DNA of 64,000 bases from Owenia fusiformis. Its lineage: Eukaryota. Positions 26,435-39,885 of the stretch are shown piece after piece. The notes beneath the pieces are model-generated. The model searched no databases, was not told the DNA's origin, and saw only the letters and a program-made list of their open reading frames with translations. The stretch's first letter is position 1. The number at the start of each line of letters is the position of its first letter. A program made the position numbers and the translations under genes. The stretch is taken from NCBI GenBank assembly GCA_903813345.2, contig CAIIXF020000001.1:15500001-15564000 (forward strand). The letters are read 5' to 3'.

Positions 26435-27649
26435 TCTGTTTCCGCGGCAAAACTGATTTCATTTTCAGAGCAGAACGTTTGTCATGAACTTTTGGAGTTA
26501 TTGTTATTGTTGGTTCACCTTAAAGCTACCTCACTCAGGGCTGTCAACTTGGGACCACCTAATATGAGTGACTTCAAAATGTTGGACACCTAAGTCCAAA
26601 TCTGAACACTTTTGTCCAAATTTTGAACACCTTTGGCCAACTTTTAAACACCGTTGGCCAAAGTTTGAGCACCTTTGCCAAACTTTGAACACCTCAAAGG
26701 ATGTGTCCGGGTATATGCCCTTTTGGTCCCTCAGTCAAATGTATGTTAAATATGTTTTTTATTACTGTCCTAGTTATATTTGATAAGTATATTTACTTTT
26801 TCACGAGTTTTGATGCAAAATTAACCCCCTGCTGAGAGTCAGAATAAGTATCTTAACCAAAAATAAATAGTCATTATCATAGAATAAAAACCTCAATGGC
26901 AACATGTATGACTTGCAAAGAAGAAATAACTTAAGACCCATGAAGAATTTAAAAGAAAATCATATTTTTGAAATATATTTAAGGATTAAATTTTTTTTCA
27001 AATTTTTGAATTTCCCGCCAGTTTAATTTGAAGGGGGAAAAACAAGATGGCTGCCATTTGATGTAAGAAATATCAGGAAAAAAGTTGCTTCACTTTTAGT
27101 TTTCACAATGAGCACAGTTTTCCGGTTTAGGTTTTTTGACTGATTCTGACTCTTCATCACCAGGGTCATGTATAGAGATTATAAAGTTGAAACCGGAATG
27201 TTGTGCTCAGCATGAATTTGACTGAAATATGTGTAACTTCACCAACTCAATTGAAGTCTCAAAACTGGATGCTCAGTAACTTTGAGTGACTATAATCCCT
27301 TGATTACCCAGATAAACACCAATTCACTTATCCAGAAATGCCATTCAATGTCTATACAAAGAAAGTAAGCAATGTTTTGGAGGATATGTTTCAAACCTTT
27401 TGTATAAATAATTCATTTAATATTTGCCATTGATTTTTTATGTCAATTCTGACAAAGTGATATGCACTGTCTTTGATGCCAATATTCTTCATTAATTGTA
27501 ATACAAATTGATATTTTTGTACTCTCAGAAGAAGGATAAGATATTGAAGTTTAATAATATGTGTGATTGAGTTGGTTTTTCAGACATTACAATTTTCAAT
27601 ATTTTCTAAGTCGATACCCAGACTCATTCCCAGACTCATCCTTTTTAAT

Positions 27650-27975
27650 ATAGGACCAATGCCATACCAAATGTCCAAATATAGGAACAATGCCATACCA
27701 AATGCCCAATTATGGGACCAATGCCATACCAAATGTCAAAATGTAGGACCAATGCCATACCAAATGTCCAAATATGGGACCAATGCAAAAAAACAACTTC
27801 AAATTTGCAACTGGACCAATGCCATACCACGAATGTTAGGTAACGTATCTACAACGACCATTCTCATACCAGAAGAGCAAAAGTCCGACCATTGCCATAC
27901 CTCAGAAGTCAGAAATTTCCGGGCATTCCCATACCAAATCCTAAAATATGGGTCCATTGCCATACCAAACGTTGA
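27650..27975. repeat. ~30-bp tandem repeat GGACCAATGCCATACCAAATGTCCAAATAT
   Basis: About 6 good and several degenerate units; explains ORF 27563..28057. Confidence 0.85.
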
Positions 27976-28231
27976 AAAAGGTACCCCACATGCGCCGAGG
28001 ATCCCAGTAGGTTTAATAAATATAGTGAACCCCCGGGCATACGGTAAGATAGCATAAATATATCTAAATAGAGTAAAATGGTGAGTACAACTTTAAGAAC
28101 AGGTTATTGAAAATAAATTTTGAAAATGACATTTGATAGCTGAAAGTGACAGCTCATCAAATGTTTTCGCTATAGCGAGTAAAATTCTAACTAAATCTGG
28201 TATTTTCGCACGTTTCCCATTTGCTGGCAAA

Positions 28232-31200
28232 ATGTTTTCTGATCCACATTTGCGTGGCGTTGGAAGAGTAAATGTCACATCTAGCTTGGGAAAACGAGAA
28301 ATAAATACTCGGTGGTCATGTAGACATAATCAAAAGATCGTCAAAAGGATAATATGCCAGGTGAAATGTATCTTAATATGGCTATTCTCTATTATCGCCC
28401 ACCATTTTCTAAATTTTCAATTTAGAGTCAAGTCTATTTATTTGTCTAAAATTGTACAAAGTTAGTACTATTTATTCTCTGTTATCATTGAATATAGGTC
28501 TTACCAAAATTTGGATAAAAGTAGATTCATTTATGAGGCGCTTTCAAACTGTAGACAAAATTGAGAATAAATGGTGCATTGACTCGACTGTACAATTCAA
28601 ATCCTTATAGACTGTGATGAAGGGTATAATACATTCATTTTTATATCTTTCTAGACACATTGCAGCTATCGTAAGGTGTGGAAGACTCAGTCAAAGCAAA
28701 GAATTATAACAGAAATGTAAGTAGCTTTTTGAAATGTTATTCTAGGGGTTTGTGTAAAAAAACGGGTTTGTGTAGCCGGGTCACTAGGTACCCTACATGT
28801 ACCTCCCTACTAGTGTTGTCGCGATTAATCGATACATCGCGATATACATCGCCAAAGCTGATTCTGGCGATGCATCGATGTCTGAAACAAAACATTGATG
28901 TTTTTTAAAAAAATTTCATTTGCTAAAAATCACCCAAATCGCTTACCTTTCTCATGTCTTATTTCATTTTCTGATGTTTTCTGATATTCTTTCGCTTTAA
29001 AACTGTTTTAGTTAGTAGAAATGAACCATTAATCTGAAACAATTTACTTTACTTTCCAAGCAAAAGTAGTAATATAGACGTCGACTCGCTATTTTATACA
29101 TGTTCCCGGGCCTATGTTACTTTCATTTCACCGTTACTAGAAGATCCCGGATGTACCAGCGTACTCTTATTAACATGTTCTGTTCGGTATTTTAGTGCAT
29201 TAGCGTTCGGTATTTCAGTGCATTTTTCTCGGACTTTTTCTCAATGTACATCGCGATGTGCATCGATGTTTACTACTGAAAATTGCCGATGCATCGATGT
29301 ACGATTATGGCACATCGCAACAACACTACTTCCTACTAGGGTTAGGAATTTAATTTGCTCATTGTATGCCTCAAAACGCCCAACTGACATCCCAATCAAT
29401 GTACTAGTGACACAACCAATCAAGCAAACAACCAAACAAGCAACAAAATTTATTTACCAATAAATCAACCGGCAAAACGACAAACAAAATTAATATAATG
29501 TCAATCAGAGAGGCAATAAATCAAGCAACTAACATTGTTTTGTACATGGTACACTAATTAACAGATAAAAACGGCAAATAACATTTTAATTTACGTGTAC
29601 GTAAATCTTCCAGATTTGTTTAATATCTATAATAGCAGAAATCGCCATCATAGAAAACAATCATCGATATCCCGTCAATCACTCCGACAATAAATCAAGC
29701 AACTAACGTCATCGTACGTGTAAACTGTGTAAATAACTACCTAGGACTTCAGAAATTCAGTCTCTTACAGGTTCTTGGTAAAATGATAACGTAAAAATAT
29801 TGAAGGGTAGTCTACAAATGTGCAACTTTGAAAGGTGGTAACCCTGCAAGGAACGTTTAGTAACTGACCCGGTGTCTCAAAAGCGAAGGGTTGTGGGTTC
29901 AATCGCCATTAGGGTGGTCAGACTTTTTGACATCAGCCCTTAGCACAGGTTTTCATTTTGTGTTTTCATTCACCAATCATTAAACAATCTCCTCAGCATT
30001 ATTGAGCAACCAGTTGTTTCATCAGGTACAAATTCAAAAATTACATGTGACACTGTTGAAAATTTGTTTGTGCCCTGCTTATGGATGAATTATTGAGACA
30101 TTTTGAGCAAAACATCTACAATTAGACTTAATTTAGCGCCATGTTAGAAAAAGCCCATTGTTTTTGGAGATCTGTTCACTCTATCGTACATGCAGAAATT
30201 GTGAATTTGTATACTATGGTGTGCAAATGGTGATGTAAATTGTGAGGTGTTCATCAAGCAAGCTAGAGGTATTTTGATGTAAATTGTTAAAACTGTGTGT
30301 AATTTGATTATTTACAGGTCAAAACTCTACATGAACAACTACAAAACCTGTTTTCATATGTAAGTATTTTCAATTAGAATACTGTGTTTGCGAAATTACA
30401 TTTTTATATTTACAACATAATTAAACTTTCAATTACTTTGAATGAATTTTACAATTATTTGAATGAATTTAACATTTACACAATCAAATACCCACATTGC
30501 AAAGTGTAGTCATAATATTTACCTAAGAGTAATGCAATGATGTACATGTACTTCAGAATGTCCTGACCTTATTGTCCTGCCTATTGTATTTCAGGCCCAT
30601 AGCTAGCCTTTACCAAAAGGGGGAGGTTTTTTCCAAGGGGGATGCTTTTGCCAAGCGGTGAGCCTTTGGGGGAGCAGTCACTCTCCCCTGGCTACGGGCC
30701 TTTTAATAGTAAGACGACATGGCTAAGTCCATTCCTCCCTTATGTATTACATGATAGTCTTTCTTAAAGCCCCTGTTCACACCTCCCACATTCTCCCTCT
30801 ATAATGACCTTGATAGTACTCTGGAGAATTGGGGTGGGTTGATATGCCCAAGGGCTTCTATGGGAGCTCCCCAGGGGTTTGATATGGGAGGAGCACAAGT
30901 GCTTGACAAAGGGGTCCACAGTGTGGACTCCACAGGTACTTGATATTGGAGGGGGTTGCCTAGGGGGTTGATGCAAGACAACAACAAAAATGTATTGATA
31001 TATAATGTTTTATGGCATAATTCTAGTCATGGAGTGAATGGAATTCCCAGTAAAGCATACAACATGCCAGCTGTACCAGCATCAAAGAAGATAGAAGATT
31101 GTTTGGTGTGTGCAACATCATTGGTAAGTGTCTCATGCTTGGTTCCTCAGTATGAATAATCAAAAATTCTGGGCTTGTGGTGGGAGAGGATTTCCACTCT

Positions 31201-34200
31201 GCTTTTAGCAAAGTGCTTTGGCTTATCAAAGTGAGCTCTACAAGAATACATGTGTGAAGAGCTAATGATACCATTCATTTTAAGATGCTTGCTGTATATT
31301 ATTGTAAATACTAAAGATTTAGATCAGATAAATTGCTCAATATTGTAGTGCAGTTCAGAAGATCACTCTCATCTGTATATCTTATTTCAGGAGAGAACTG
31401 ATCTAAATCACCATGGTTACAAGTCCTGTCTTGTTGTGGTTACTGCTGACAGGTGGTTGAGAAGATATGACATGAACACTGGTAGAATGCTGGAAGAAGT
31501 CTACATTGGTCCTAATATTAAATTCAAGTAGGTTTGCAGTTGCACACATCAGCACAATACATGTACATGTATATCCTTTATACTATGTATGTATGTATGT
31601 ATACTAAAATGTATTCTCTCATATAAATGAGGCAATAAATATACAATACTAGCAATTTGATAGAATATGCAATTTTTGCAAACTCAACTGCCATGCTTTA
31701 CGGTCTCAACTCTAAATTATTTTTACATTTTTTGAGATTCAAGGATTGTTACAACTTGCAAGAGTATATTCGTCCTTTGGTTTTTTTTGTTTGATTCTGT
31801 CTTTAGAATTCCACATTAACGTTTAGATTAATCCATTTAATCTTTATATTGCTGCACTGTTGGCTATTATAATATCCTCTATACTATGCAATCTAGTAGG
31901 TTTGACAGATTTGGTTATTTCTTAAGTATTTCCATGGGATTTCTAGAGAGCCCATGATATTTCATTTGTTTGTGTATTACATCTGATATATAATACATTA
32001 CATCTAGGTATTTGGCATGGGACCGGGAGCAAGAGAGGTTGGTGATTAAGTCGACCCATAGCAATCTGTCCCAGGCTGAAAGGCAGGTAGGGAACACCTT
32101 CAGTGTAATGTTCATTTAGTGATTGCATTATATCAATGTAGTCATTAATAAAGAGGCTGGGTGGGGAGGGATGGAGGAATCAAAAGCTTTTTTACCACTT
32201 TTTTTGATTGTTTGATAACATTGTTTTTCTGACCAATTAGAAAATCAATGTCAATATATGGTTTAGGGATAAAACATTGGTGCCAATTCTATGGTTTATA
32301 TACAATGTATATAAAACAACTTTATTCATTTCTTCAGATAATTTTGTTTTATTAGATCAAGGCTTTCGACTTGTATCCCCAAGTCTTTTTCAAGATTTAA
32401 AAAATATAACAGCGAACATCGAAAGCCTTGATCTAATAAAAAAAATTCTCTGAAGAAATGAAAAAAGTTGTTTTAACATTGTAGGCTATTGGTTCTGTTG
32501 TGTAGAGATTTCAGTGTTATAATTCTACAATTAAATATTTGTTTAATAATGTTGATGCATGTTGTTGTATGGTGATATCATGGGCTTTCAACAGACTCTC
32601 TCTTGAAAGCCCTTGGTAATATTCAACATTATTGCAGGCAGGGGTGGTTAAGGATGTTCTCATGACCATGGGTGTCTTCCACATATTTCCCCTTGAATTC
32701 CTTGCAATGTTTCAAGTGAGAAAGTCGGTAAGTTACAAGTCAGAAGTTACTGGTGGGAAAGCTGGTAAGTTACAAGTCAGAGGTTACAGGTGGGAAAGTC
32801 GGTCAGTTACAAGTCAGAAGTTACTGGTGGGAAAGTTGGTAAGTTACAAGTCAGAAGTTACAGGTGGGAAAGTCGGTAAGTTACAAGTCAGAAGTTACTG
32901 GTGGGAAAAATGGGAAGTTACAAGTCAGAAGTTACAGGTGGGAAAGTCGGCCAGTTACAAGTCAGAAGTTACTTGTGGGAAAGTTGGTAAGTTACAAGTC
33001 AGAAGTTACAGGTGGGAAAGTCGGTAAGTTACAAGTCAGAAGTTACTGGTGGGAAAGTTGGTAAGTTACAAGTCAGAAGTTACTGGTGGGAAAGTTGGTA
33101 ACTTACAAGTCAGAAGTTACTGGTGGGAAAGTTAGGAAGTTACAAGTCAGAAGTTACTGGTGGGAAAGTTGGTAAGTTACAAGTCAGAAGTTACAGGTGG
33201 GAAAGTCGGTAAGTTACAAGTCAGAAGTTACTGGTGGGAAAGTTGGTAAGTTACAAGTCAGAAGTTACTGGTGGGAAAGTTGGTAACTTACAAGTCAGAA
33301 GTTCCTGGTGGGAAAGTTGGGAAGTTACAAGTCAGAAGTTACAGGTGGCAAAGTTGGGAAGTTACGAGTCAGAAGTTACTGGTGGGAAAGTTGGGAAGTT
33401 ACATGTCAGAAAGTTATAAATTAGTCACAAGTCAGGAACTGTTCATTTTATGAGACCAAAATGAATTATTATTCAGATATTAGTAATATCAAATTTTGCG
33501 GGTAATTCTTAATATATAACAACAGCGATGTCTTTAATCTTTTTCTGTGTTAGTTCTTGTTGAAAGTATGTGTAATATATTTTTTAGAAAATGTGTCAAT
33601 TGATGATAGGTCATTGTTCACACAAGTTACAGTTTACACACAGTTTATATATGCTAATGTCTTTTACATTTAGATATTTGGTAAAAGTATCACAGATGCG
33701 ATGCTTTTTGGTGGTCTCTTGTTGGTAATGTCAAAGTCGGATGTGATCAAGATTTACAGCTTTGATGACATTCTGGAGCAGGTATGTATTACACAATTGG
33801 TAAACCTTAAGTTGTTTAATGGTAGATGAATATGATTATTGTTTGACAAAGTATGCTGTTTCACTGCAGTGTTGCAATGCACTGATGCGCTTAAATGTCC
33901 CAAATTCCAAATTTACTTTTGGTCTGAATGCATATATCTATATTTTTACCACTTTGGATGGATAGGTTGCATTTACATTTTAGATTTTCAACAGGGTGGT
34001 GCTTGAGTACCTGGTTGTTCAAATGCTTTTAGAGATCACTGATATTATAGTAATGTCAATATCAGCATGTCTCATATTCTTTCAGTTTAAAGAGTTCAAT
34101 GCTCCATTAGGCAATGACAGTACCCATTATGAAGGTCATGCTGGGAGGCATCCACATGGTCTTCCAGTGAATGTAACAATAAAAGGTATTACATGATCCA

Positions 34201-37200
34201 TTTACTTTATTTGTTCTGTGTAAAAACTTTATACATACATGTAAGAGAAGTAGAGATTAGAAATCTAAAATGAAAAACTAATTCGAAAATATTTTGAAGC
34301 AATCAATGTACACTACATATCTATCTTTAATTTTTATATGTTGCAGACTGTCCACCAGTATTATTTGAGGTCCAAAGCAGTCAGTTCTCCTTCACAATAG
34401 GTGCCAATCCCTACCATTTTATCATCACCCCAGTTAGGACTAGGGGCATATTTGAAGTGCATACTCTTAAAACTAAGAAAAAGGCAAGACAATCATTAAT
34501 TATTAATGTAGTTATGTACAAGTTCTTGTACTTGTACTCATAAGTTTGATAAAAAAACATAATTAAGCAAGTATTTTAGATTTGAATCATTAATTGAGAA
34601 ATTGTCAATAGCCTCTTCCTTTCCGGGGTGTGACTCTAGTCTACCTCATTGGCTTTAGAATTTTTCTGACTATGTTCACATTCCCCTAGACCTCTAACCT
34701 CATCAATTTCATGATATGAGGATACCACTGTTAAAGAAAGTGTACATGGAAAGCTGAATGAAAAAACCAAGTCTATTTATACATAATATAGGACTTACAT
34801 ACATCACATCTAAAAACTTGAAACTGTTATGATAAAAAAATAATTGTAACCTTTTTAAACAAAATGAGGTAAATCACATTATTTCAGGTATTGAATGGCC
34901 ATTTAGATATGGACTCCAGTGACCTGGATAAAGCCTTCTTCCACCCTGATGAGACATCCAGAATAATCCACACTGGAGACACCTCGTTTCAGTAAGTTCT
35001 TTCGACTACTGTGCTACTTATTTTGGCAGATTTGCTGTTTTGAATATTTGGCGGCTACTTAATTTGGCAGACTTGCAATATTACTATGTACTAATGGTGC
35101 TAATTTACATGGTACTACTATTACTGGGGTATTTTGCGACTACTTAATTTGGCGGACTTTAATAATATGGTGAATTCGTCAAATTACTTTTAAAATTGGT
35201 GCCAAATTAAGTAGAAGTACAGTACATGTAGATTTCTAGAAAGTTTTTCCAAGTTTTATACATTTGTACATATCCTAGAAATACAAAAATTGAAATGAAA
35301 CCATTCGATGGGCTCAAATGGTGAAAAAAGCCAAGACCATAAATGGAGTTTTACAAAAATAAGGACCTTGATTAAATGATGCAAGTTTTCAATAAAAATA
35401 ATGAACAAGTATTGTATGTCCATAATGTATGAATGTTCTATCATAGAATGCTACAAGTGAGGCCAGTGTCAGAAAGAAGTGAGGAATATGAACTGAGGCC
35501 TACCTTTAGTATAGATGTATCTCACAAAATATGTGATGCAGTAAGTACAGTAGTTATAGAAATATAGAATGAACTACTGCTAGGACTACAGAGTCCCAGT
35601 TTCTGGTGACAAATTTTATGCTTGCATATTGGGTTTTTGTGAGTAATTAGACTAGATGTAAATGGCACAAATTTTCAAAATGCTTTCTGAGATATCTAAA
35701 TATACTGTATAAGTGGTAATTTTGCCTAATCATTTAATTTGCCTATTTCCTAATTTTTGCCAGGTTCGGAAAATTAAATGTCGGAAATATTGTCTTTATA
35801 ATGTTATCCAATGGGAGGTTTCTTGTAATTAGGAAAATTAAAATTAGGAAAATGATGAAATTTGACCATTCGGAAAATTAACCACTCGGATTAAATACCA
35901 CTTATACAGTATATGATATGAAATTATGAACTTTTACTTGGCCTATACATTTAGTACAAGGCTCTACCACTCCATTATCAGTATCATATCTCTAGACACC
36001 ACAAATGCTGTGCAACCCTTTGACTTGCTTCCAATATTCAATAGATCATTGGACAAGAAGCTTTTTATTCCAACCAGAATAGCCTGACAATGGTAAAGTC
36101 AGATACCGTTGTCACAAATGGCAGACATAACCGTCGCTTCAATTAGATTTTCATGAGTTGTATGTTTAAAAGAGCACCTACAGGTTAAATTCCTAGGTTA
36201 TTCCGGTGTGTTATTAATTTAACTGTAGATTCCTCATATGAATGGCATCAGTTCAGGACCACAAGAACTGTTGTTGAAATCATCATTAGGACCAGCACCA
36301 CCAGTGAGATCATCATCTGGTCGCTGCATCAAGATGAAAGCCAGTGTATACTCAGATTTCTTAGTCAATGAGTCTCCTCACCAGGTTAGTGGAATGTTAT
36401 AAAAAATCATTGAATTTTTCTGGTTTTTAATGTCACCATCAGAAGTGGTGACATTTTATTATTGTCTCCAACTCTTTGTGAGGATGATTAACAGTTGTCA
36501 GCGTTCAGAGTTTAGCGCCTGTAAAGATTGGCGGGTTTGCATGTTTAAATGCATTGTTTAAATCTTAGTATTATGATAAAGGTTTTGGCAAAGTTGAGTC
36601 AACATAAGTTGATGAGCTTAACAAAAAATGCAAAGTTTGACATCTTATTCTAATGAAATAATCAACATTATTGTGTTCAAGCCAAACAATTACAGCATTT
36701 CCTGCTCACTTAAGAATAGCTATCGGAAAAAAATAATTGCAAATGTAATTAAGTTTGCTATAGTAATTTAGATGTTTTATAACTTCACTGCAGATGAATT
36801 AATATCCTGAAAAACAACCTTGCTGGTGTGATTTTAGACTCATTTTTATGTCACCACCACCAAGAAGTGGTGACATATTGTTATGGTCTCCGTTTTTTGT
36901 GGTGGCGGTTGGTGGTTGGCAATCGGCGGGTTGTGGGCGGCGGTAGGCGTCTGTAACAAATTCTTTAAACTTCCAATAACTTAACAAATACTGTTTAGAC
37001 AGACTTCAATTTTTTCCAATTCATCTACACATTTTCAAAAGTTCAAATCTGACTTTAAATTTAATATTTGACCTTAAATGACATTTTCAAGGTCAAAAAA
37101 AGTTAAACAACTTGCTTAAATTGACCAATTGTTTTTCAAAATCATCTACAAGTTCTTGAAATTTAAGTTTAAATCTGACTTAAGATTTGTGATTTCACCT

Positions 37201-38946
37201 TCAATGACCTTCTCAGGGTCAAAAACTTGTTTCAAATTGACCATTTTTTGAAAATCATCTACAGAGTTCTCAGAAATTCAAATCTGACTTAAGATTGAAC
37301 TAATAATATTGTGAGCAACTAGATGGTGACATTTTGTCATGTTAATGCCTTGTTTACTCCTATTTTTAAAAATTAGAAAGCCCATGGTATTATATATTAA
37401 TTTTAATTAATGATACATACAACTTTCAGAAACTCCATTCTGTTGACTATGAATATGACCTTGACCTTCTGATAGTAACAGTGTATGATGTGGCAGGGGA
37501 TTTCAAGGGCTATGTTCATTTTCATGACAACTACACTGGTGACCTCATTAAGGAGGTACAGCTTCAAGAAACCTGGGAAGAGGTAGGTTCAGACCATAAA
37601 CTAAAAGGTTGGCTGGTTATTAAGAATATTTCACAATATGCTTTTCGAACAAGCTTTTCAGCAATTCATGCACTATGCAAATGATATGAGAAAGATTTAT
37701 TCTATACCTACAATTTACCTAAACTACATGTAAATCTGGTAACTAAAATTCTCAGATTTCTAAAACAAATTATACTCGGCTGGAAACACTTTTTAATTTC
37801 ATACAAAGCTTCAATATGTTTGCATTAACCCAACAATTTTGATATGTATGTAAAAGAGTGACATAACTAATGACTAATTTTGATAAATTAATGTGGATGA
37901 GCTGATTGGTCAGTCCATGTTTGGAAGGGGGGGGGGGGGCTCAAAGTTGCAGAATTCAAGATTCCTTAAATATCTCTAATGGGTTTAAAAATGAAACAAG
38001 TTCTAATATTGCAGTTTGTAAAAATAGGAAAAATGTTTAATTTCAAAACACCTTTATTGAATCAATACACCTACATATTGTTATTTTAGTTCACACCACA
38101 AACCCTTCATTAGTTTGTTTTTACAGCATTTTTCAACAATAATAAGGTCAACAACCATTGGAGTAAATTTTAAAAAATTAAGTCATATTGGCCAGTTGCA
38201 TGAAATTTCAGCTATGGTTGAACTGACCCAATGTTACCTCTTTATAAGTTGAGGATCATTTGTTAATTATAATTTCTGAATTAGTCAACTGTAACTTAAA
38301 TGAAATATACAATTTAACAGTTACACAACTGTACATCTATGGTTATATAAATAAAAATGTACATTAATACAACAACCCAACTCTACTGTAGCTTCAAGGT
38401 ATTCAAATAGGAACAGACAGAGTTGTGCAACTGAAGGTCAGAGGGTATTCAAATGAAAATGTAGAATAATCTCTATGGGGTTTAAAGTGGAAATGTTAAC
38501 AACACCTAACAATTGCATTAATGTAACTATACAAGTATCCATTTAATGTGCATATTTTAATCATTTCAATTCTCTCCAATTATTTATTTGATTCCTATAC
38601 ATGTCAAATGTTTATTTGCAAAATTCATGAATCGGATCCCTCTATCCAATCTTAACAAACATAATTTGTTATTAGATAAGCATGTTTCCCACTGTTCGAT
38701 CCACTTACTTGTACTTAGAGAGTGCCATGACTTTTCTTTCTATCCATTTATTTGCAGCACTGTGAGCACACAATAGAAGTTGATATGGATACAATAGTTC
38801 ATACAGTGAAATCTGCTGACTCTGGGAAATATATTTGCTATATTTACAAGGCACAACGTCACATCGATGACTTAAACATACACAAGAAAAGATCAAAAAG
38901 AAACTCAAGACAATCTAGATCAAATTCATTGCAACGTGTATCTTGA
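28232..38946 (+). CDS. DCAF17: DDB1- and CUL4-associated factor 17 ortholog, 15 coding exons, ~558 aa
   Basis: Exons: 28232-28360, 28655-28716, 30318-30359, 31027-31123, 31391-31527, 32008-32086, 32638-32727, 33674-33781, 34086-34185, 34347-34483, 34888-34991, 35447-35540, 36229-36384, 37430-37582, 38758-38946 (1677 nt, phases consistent). Peptides match recalled human DCAF17 colinearly: KIED, YKSCL..TA..WL, YLAWD..QE, IFG.ITDA, PPVLFEV, FHPD.TSRIIH.G, SSGR, VDYE.DLDLL, CYIY. Confidence 0.92.
28811..29328. mobile_element. hAT-like MITE in DCAF17 intron 2
   Basis: TAGTGTTG...CAACACTA TIRs, 8-bp near-TSD CTCCCTAC/CTTCCTAC, subterminal ATCGAT/ATCGCGAT repeats. Confidence 0.85.
29850..29950 (+). 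mobile_element. Possible decayed tRNA-derived SINE head
   Basis: B-box-like GTGGGTTCAATCGCC at ~29893-29907; no intact cloverleaf seen. Confidence 0.3.
32313..32474. repeat. Palindromic MITE-like hairpin
   Basis: AAAACAACTTT...TTATTAGATCAAGGCTTTCGA / TCGAAAGCCTTGATCTAATAA...AAAGTTGTTTT. Confidence 0.8.
32720..33435. repeat. 37-bp minisatellite GAAAGTTGGTAAGTTACAAGTCAGAAGTTACTGGTGG (~19 units) starting at the DCAF17 exon 7 donor
   Basis: The first unit overlaps the last codons of exon 7 (GAAAGTCG|GTAAGT). Confidence 0.95.
35008..35224. mobile_element. TA-flanked MITE (CTGT...ACAG); similar elements at 35703..35911 and 60597..60913
   Basis: TACTGT...ACAGTA termini with TTAATTTGGCG-type subterminal motifs; 35703..35911 has CTGTATAAGTGGTA/TACCACTTATACAG TIRs. 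Confidence 0.7.
36843..37354 (+). mobile_element. Helentron/HINE-like element; short derivatives at 47656..47797, 54460..54582 and a 5' piece at ~36424
   Basis: TTTTTATGTCACCA...TGGTGACA 5' hairpin, GGYGG microsatellite, internal tandem repeats, 3' TGGTGACATTTTGTCATGTTAATGCCTTGTT; T-run insertion site. Confidence 0.8.
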
Positions 38947-39885
38947 AATTCTGCACAACATGGCAACATACTGCATTAGTCTGAAGTATGGCTCTTCCTT
39001 GAGACTGAAATTTACATGAAGAACAAAGCAGGTCAATTGGATTCAGTGAAAACAGTGCATCACATAATACACTGCAGTCACATGATGCAGCGTGCACAGA
39101 GCAAATGGTTATTATAAATGAGCTCAACATCTCAACAACAAGGTTAGTAGAATATTCCAATACATCTGCATAAACATCTGCTTAAGTATGTGAAGTTGTG
39201 AACACCTCTTAAATTGAACACTTTTTATAAGACTTCTATTTGGGCTCATTGATTTTCCAATGTCTAGCAGTCCCATGTAAATTAATGCAATTTTCTTTAG
39301 ATCAATTATAGACCGTTTTCATTAAGAGGTGAGCTCTATGAATCAAATTTAAAGAGCACACTTTTGCTATTAAAACTTTTTATCTGTACACATATAAGAT
39401 AGGAAAACTGGAATCTTATAGTGAATAGTGCAATCTGTAAATACTAGAATTTCTCTTCAGGTCTCAATACATCATTGGAAAGGTAGATTTATCAGGGTAA
39501 TGAATACTAAAGTGATGATGGGTCAAAAGCAAAACATGAATCTTTGAAATTTGTTAAGGCCTAATTAAATTGATATTGTGACCACTTGATGCATACATGT
39601 ACATGCATGTTGTATATCCTCGTCTGTTAATATCTTTGATGTTTATGAGATTTAAATCTCAAAAAGGTAGATAGCAAAGACATTGATTAAAGATCAAATT
39701 AGATACTACTTTAATGTATCAATACATCATTGGGAATGGTAGGTCTTTTTATTTCCAATCAGTGTGTATCACAACTCAAAAGCAATGTGCTGAATCCTCT
39801 CTTTTACAGAAAGTCTAATTTACTCAAGTCAATTGTGAAATGGGACATTCCAAAGGCAATGCTTCATGCATGACTCCTAATATAT

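Noticed and set aside
27563-28057. 164-aa ORF
   Set aside because: Largely a read-through of the ~30-bp tandem repeat.
29850-29950. tRNA gene
   Set aside because: Only a B-box-like motif; no acceptor stem or cloverleaf. Kept as a weak SINE candidate.
30830-30975. LDIGGG peptide resembling the ornithine decarboxylase motif
   Set aside because: A stop follows within five codons; G-rich low-complexity intron sequence with no other ODC motifs.
32720-33435. CRISPR-like look of the 32-37-bp repeats (also 5740-8210 and 55335-56440)
   Set aside because: Units are head-to-tail with no unique spacers, there are no cas genes, and the context is eukaryotic.
35954-36183. Extra DCAF17 exon
   Set aside because: Stop codon in the required frame, and the flanking exons already join in phase.
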